Below are positions 44,003 through 48,040 of a stretch of DNA of 48,040 nucleotides, piece after piece. Within the stretch, counting starts at the first letter, position 1, and every line of letters begins with the position of its first letter. A program made the position numbers and the translations under genes. This DNA comes from a virus. Lineage: Duplodnaviria > Caudoviricetes. Location of the stretch: the IMG/VR virus record IMGVR_UViG_3300010400_000027, positions 1 through 48,040 of that record; one strand, written 5' to 3'. The notes below the pieces were generated by a model. That model did no database searches. It saw only the letters and a program-made list of their open reading frames with translations, and was not told the DNA's origin.

Positions 44003-46147
44003 TCATTTCCTCGCCATCGAACTAACTAATGTGGCTGCATGTGTGATATTAGTACCCTTTTTCGAGTTATGTTTCGCTACGATGATAGCTGCTAGTTGTT
44101 TACCAATATCAGATTGATTCCATTCTATTTCATTACTTTTATTCATTACTTTATGAAATTGCCTTCTTTTAGTTTCGACTAATCCATCTAGATGTTCATC
44201 TACTGTGCCTTCGGCTTCGCAGAATGTTATGTTGATTACGTTACTTTTCTGACCTATTCTTCGGAATCTACCAGGAGCAGCTTGATCTTCATTCTGTGGA
44301 TTCCATTGTCTCTCATGCATTACTGCATCTGAACATGTCTGAAGATTAATTCCTTCTCCACTTGCCAAAGTTGAAGCTATCATTATAACTCTATCACATT
44401 TATTAAAGTCTTCCTGAATTTCAAATCGTTCACTATCAGAGAACTCCGCAGTCAATTTAACGACTTTCACTCGATTCTCTCGTAATTGTTTCGCGAGATG
44501 TTTCCATTCAATGTTCCCTTCGGTAACATCTGTTAATGCACCAAATAATAGATGACCCACATCCTTATGATGTACAAAGATGACTAGTTTCTTATCCGTA
44601 TCTTCGATAAATTCTTCAATGAATCCGAGCGTTGCTGGAATCTTAGCTAATCCAGTTATGTGACGCATTCGACTTAATTTTGCTAAAATTTCGAGTCCAT
44701 TGATTGAATCCTCAGTACCACCTATAACAGCGTCGTTATACCATTTAACGAAGTCTGATACTTCGTCATCATAAGATGATTGACTTAATTGATCTAATTG
44801 AACATTAAGTTTCATCCTATTAATTTCAGGAAATTCATCCATTACTTCATTATATTCACGCCTAATCAATAGGTCTTTTGTAAATTCCCTAAATTTGTCC
44901 GGGCGTCTAATTCCGCCCATTTTCTTTTTAGGACCTTCATAATAGTATTCGACCCATGTGTCTAGATATCTCTGATAAGAATTGAATTTGATTGGATCGA
45001 TCATATTAAGCACGGCGAAAAACTCACTTCCGCGATTTTTCCATGGCGTTCCACTAAGAGGGATTACTTTACAATCATTTGATGCGACTAATTTTCTTAC
45101 TTCCTGCGTTCGGGCTGAATCTGGATTTTTGATTTGTTGGCATTCATCGATTACTACACATTTAATTTTTAGTGCTTCGAGTTTTTCCCTTGGGAAACGA
45201 CGAAGTAAATCAAATGAAATGAAATATGACTTGAGTCCTGGAAATACGAAGTCCTTAGAAGTGGATATGATTTGTCCGAGATAATCCGGTCCAAGAATAC
45301 GATTGACTTCTTTGAAGAATTGAAATTTGATTCCACTCTTTACAATGTATAATGTAGGTGTGTATTCAGGATGGAATTTAATCACGGCTAATGCCTGAAT
45401 AGTTTTACCTAGTCCCATATCATCGAATACGCCGAATCCTTTTTGAGTACTTAATCCGCTCTCTAAGTGTTTCGCGCCATCGATTTGAAAATTGAATAGT
45501 TTGAATTCACCACAATTCTTACACTGATTTTTGGTCCATTCATGTTTGCAGGATTCAATTTCTGGTTTCCATCCATTAGTCACGATTGATTCGAATGGAG
45601 TTCCACGAGGTATGACTCGTTTAATGATATGGAAACATTCTAAGGTAATGAGTTTCACTACATTACCTTTGGTATCTATTGACTCATAACTGAATAGTTC
45701 CTTAGCTACGGCTCCACATGTAGGACATTTATCCTTTAATTGTGTTACGACATACTTAGGACGCCTGATTACATGTGTTTCTTCCTCGACTACCATTTCT
45801 ACCATCTGTCCACTTCTAATAGCATCAATTACGTTTTCTGGTAGATTCAGGTGGGAACATGGTAGGGTATTATCGCATCCTATCTCACGCGCTTTAGATG
45901 CCCATACATCATTATGACCTTGACCTGGACATAGTGCATGGGCTACTTCATGTTTAATTGTGTTGATTATTTCAGCTTCCGGATGAATATCGACATGATG
46001 CGAATTAAGTATAATGATTTTATCCCGATGCATACATAATCCGAGATATGATGTATATGGATCGGCTGTTAATCGGATTCCCCAATTCTTTAATCCATGT
46101 TCATCTAACGTATTACGTAGTATTGAATGAGCTTTCATTCTATCCAT
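44003..46147 (-). CDS. SprT-like metalloprotease fused to SNF2-family (HARP-like) helicase
   Basis: TIKHEVAHAL...GH...W (SprT); DDMGLGKT, VIDECQ, LSGTP..NR, GEGINL, QAAPGRFRRIGQ. Confidence 0.9.
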   Translation of the reverse strand: MDRMKAHSILRNTLDEHGLKNWGIRLTADPYTSYLGLCMHRDKIIILNSHHVDIHPEAEIINTIKHEVAHALCPGQGHNDVWASKAREIGCDNTLPCSHLNLPENVIDAIRSGQMVEMVVEEETHVIRRPKYVVTQLKDKCPTCGAVAKELFSYESIDTKGNVVKLITLECFHIIKRVIPRGTPFESIVTNGWKPEIESCKHEWTKNQCKNCGEFKLFNFQIDGAKHLESGLSTQKGFGVFDDMGLGKTIQALAVIKFHPEYTPTLYIVKSGIKFQFFKEVNRILGPDYLGQIISTSKDFVFPGLKSYFISFDLLRRFPREKLEALKIKCVVIDECQQIKNPDSARTQEVRKLVASNDCKVIPLSGTPWKNRGSEFFAVLNMIDPIKFNSYQRYLDTWVEYYYEGPKKKMGGIRRPDKFREFTKDLLIRREYNEVMDEFPEINRMKLNVQLDQLSQSSYDDEVSDFVKWYNDAVIGGTEDSINGLEILAKLSRMRHITGLAKIPATLGFIEEFIEDTDKKLVIFVHHKDVGHLLFGALTDVTEGNIEWKHLAKQLRENRVKVVKLTAEFSDSERFEIQEDFNKCDRVIMIASTLASGEGINLQTCSDAVMHERQWNPQNEDQAAPGRFRRIGQKSNVINITFCEAEGTVDEHLDGLVETKRRQFHKVMNKSNEIEWNQSDIGKQLAAIIVAKHNSKKGTNITHAATLVSSMARK

Positions 46148-46905
46148 TATTTCACCTGATTAGTCTTAGCATTCTCAATAGTAGTCTTCAATATTTTAGC
46201 AGCATCAGCAACAGACAATCCCTTACTTACTACTAACATTTGAAGAGTAAATTCAGAGACTCCCAATTCCATAGCATATTTCTTTAGTTCAACTTTATCA
46301 ATTTTCTTATTGATTCGAATCTTTTTCTTTCCATCAATTTTCTTGAGATTCGGCGTATAATTGACATCTTTTATGTGGAGTTGTTCACGTTCCTCTATTC
46401 GCAATTGATTCGCTAAGTTATTGAGGTATACTTGGATTGCTTTCTGTTTATTCGTGGCTTCTATTATTTCTTGATTCTTTTCAAAAATCACGCTACTGAA
46501 TTTGGCGAATCGAACACTCAATTCCTTAGCTAATGCATAGGGTTTATTGGTTATCGATTCATCATTATCGATGGCCGATTTTAGTTCGATGATTGATATC
46601 GTTTGTGCGTTGAATAGGTCAGTATGAACTTGAATACTATTGTCTATGGATCGCGAGGACTCAATCATTTCATTCATAGACTTAACACGTTCATTCTGTT
46701 TTTCTGGACTACGATTATTTAATTGACGAGCCATTTCCCGTTCAAGGCATGATTCACACATTAATATTCCGCCATAAACCGGCTCGACTTCCCCGATATT
46801 ATTACATACTTCACATTCTGCTTGATCACCATGCATAATCTCGGTATATTTACATTTGAGACATTTAGTGTTATCGGAGAATGAGGGGTGGAATTTGTGA
46901 TTCAT
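46147..46905 (-). CDS. hypothetical protein, N-terminal Cys motifs and coiled coil
   Basis: CLKC, CEVC, CESC; TAATG overlap. Confidence 0.7.
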   Translation of the reverse strand: MNHKFHPSFSDNTKCLKCKYTEIMHGDQAECEVCNNIGEVEPVYGGILMCESCLEREMARQLNNRSPEKQNERVKSMNEMIESSRSIDNSIQVHTDLFNAQTISIIELKSAIDNDESITNKPYALAKELSVRFAKFSSVIFEKNQEIIEATNKQKAIQVYLNNLANQLRIEEREQLHIKDVNYTPNLKKIDGKKKIRINKKIDKVELKKYAMELGVSEFTLQMLVVSKGLSVADAAKILKTTIENAKTNQVK

Positions 46906-46907
46906 TA

Positions 46908-47081
46908 TTATTTCGCCGGACCTTTCTGATCTCTAGCTTGAATAGTCCATTTTTCAAGTTTAGTATCAATTAGTGGTTTTATTGCTTGAATTGTTTTATA
47001 GCTTGTCCTGTTACCATAATCGGCATCGTTTATTAGTTCATCTAGTAGTTTGAATAGTGTGTTTATTTTATTTTGATCCAT
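46908..47081 (-). CDS. 57-aa hypothetical protein MDQNKINTLF...
   Basis: GGAG RBS; first gene after the sigma54 box at 47134; not in the ORF track. Confidence 0.55.
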   Translation of the reverse strand: MDQNKINTLFKLLDELINDADYGNRTSYKTIQAIKPLIDTKLEKWTIQARDQKGPAK

Positions 47082-47133
47082 TATTGACTCCAGTTATAAT
47101 ATTGTTGATTAGGCGATTCCCTACTGGATTGAA

Positions 47134-47149
47134 TGCAATTCGCGTACCA
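47134..47149 (-). promoter_or_regulatory. near-consensus sigma54 promoter for the replication operon
   Basis: TGGTACGCGAATTGCA versus consensus TGGCACG-N4-TTGCW. Confidence 0.75.
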
Positions 47150-47170
47150 CTCAATGGAATACAATATTAT

Positions 47171-47277
47171 GTGTAGTCAAAATGATACACCCCAACATGA
47201 TGTGTCACCTAAAGGTACCATGTACCATATTATGAGACACCGTGTTCCATTATGGGATGTAGTCAATTTGACTACAC
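47171..47277. promoter_or_regulatory. palindromic operator/UAS cluster
   Basis: TGTAGTCAA-T-TTGACTACA (47258-47276) and related GTGTAGTCAAAATGATACAC (47171-47190). Confidence 0.65.
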
Positions 47278-47289
47278 TTTTATTATAAA

Positions 47290-47640
47290 TTATTCATCTG
47301 TAGGTTCATTGATTATAATTAATTCCTCCTGATTATCTGAAGATTTGATTTGATTTTTATTAGTTGATTGCGATAATTTATGATTAATGAATTCATTGAT
47401 ATCTAGTATAGTTTGTTGAGTAGGATCACAATTAATACATACAGGTCTATCTCTTATCATAGATAATGCATCTAGTATTATATCAGTTCCACATTTCCAA
47501 CATAATGACTTACGGCCCATCATGGTATCTGGTGGTAAATTACCTGGTACGTAATGTGTACAATTGGGTAATCCACAATGCCATAAATCATTAAATTTGA
47601 AATATTTATGGGTATGTCGTTGTGCTCCTGTCCTTCTCAT
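47290..47640 (-). CDS. Cys/His-rich (Zn-binding) early protein
   Basis: AAGGAG RBS before MRRTGAQ; HTHKY, CGLPNC, CWKC, CINC. Confidence 0.65.
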   Translation of the reverse strand: MRRTGAQRHTHKYFKFNDLWHCGLPNCTHYVPGNLPPDTMMGRKSLCWKCGTDIILDALSMIRDRPVCINCDPTQQTILDINEFINHKLSQSTNKNQIKSSDNQEELIIINEPTDE

Positions 47641-47677
47641 TATTTGTTCTCCTTGTCTATCTGAATATAGTGAATAA

Positions 47678-47902
47678 TTAATCAATAATATTTGATGGGT
47701 CCATTGATTGAATAAAATCATTTAATATGTATTGTTTAATGTCTCCTATTTCCTGAATCAATTTAATTCTTCTAATAATTGTACGATAACATTTATTACA
47801 TAATGGCATTCCTTCCTTATGTCTATATAATTGAAACATTTTATGTATTCTAATGTTATTATTTGAATTACATAGTACACAAGTTATAATATTATGTGTC
47901 AT
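47678..47902 (-). CDS. small Zn-finger early protein
   Basis: CVLC...CNKC; GGAGGAG RBS. Confidence 0.55.
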   Translation of the reverse strand: MTHNIITCVLCNSNNNIRIHKMFQLYRHKEGMPLCNKCYRTIIRRIKLIQEIGDIKQYILNDFIQSMDPSNIID

Positions 47903-47942
47903 TATTTTGACATCTCCTCCCCTGTCCTGTCTCGTACTCTAC

Positions 47943-47958
47943 TGCATACGGCATGCCA
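47943..47958 (-). promoter_or_regulatory. sigma54-type promoter for the first early genes
   Basis: TGGCATGCCGTATGCA (GG-N10-GC), about 40 nt upstream of the 47902 start. Confidence 0.65.
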
Positions 47959-48004
47959 GTCTACAAAAGAGGACAGTAAAAATGGATAATATTATTAATT
48001 TAAT

Positions 48005-48040
<36 letters not shown>

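Noticed and set aside
1485-47902. Stop-codon reassignment
   Set aside because: Core genes translate full length in the standard code with TAA, TAG and TGA all used as stops; no suppressor tRNA found

Overview
Apparently complete ~48 kb AT-rich (roughly one-third GC, estimated by eye) tailed dsDNA phage genome of podovirus-like architecture, probably a circular/permuted assembly broken inside an A-tract (poly-A on the same strand at both ends). The + arm (1.5-29.8 kb) holds packaging and virion genes: TerS candidate, TerL, portal, scaffold, major capsid, adaptor, stabilization/nozzle, fibres and ejection proteins. Inserted among them are three signal-peptide proteins, a GT2 glycosyltransferase, and a B12-dependent radical SAM enzyme translationally coupled to an unannotated 20-aa peptide (a RiPP-like cassette). 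The - arm (29.8-47.9 kb plus 380-745) holds early/replication genes: SprT-SNF2 helicase, PD-(D/E)XK nuclease, Sak4-like ATPase, SSB, a UDG-fused family A DNA polymerase split by a decayed HNH gene, a DUF3987 helicase, Acb2, two cold-shock-domain proteins and tRNA-Leu(UAA). The most striking non-coding signals are (i) at least seven sigma54-type -24/-12 boxes in the control regions, with an IHF site, palindromic UAS-like operators and a stand-alone Fis/NtrC-type HTH gene; (ii) a GC-rich heptamer CGCGAGG/CCTCGCG seen 20 times; and (iii) a structured ncRNA candidate at 39.45-39.6 kb. No integrase or endolysin was recognised. All family calls come from motif recognition by eye, not database searches.
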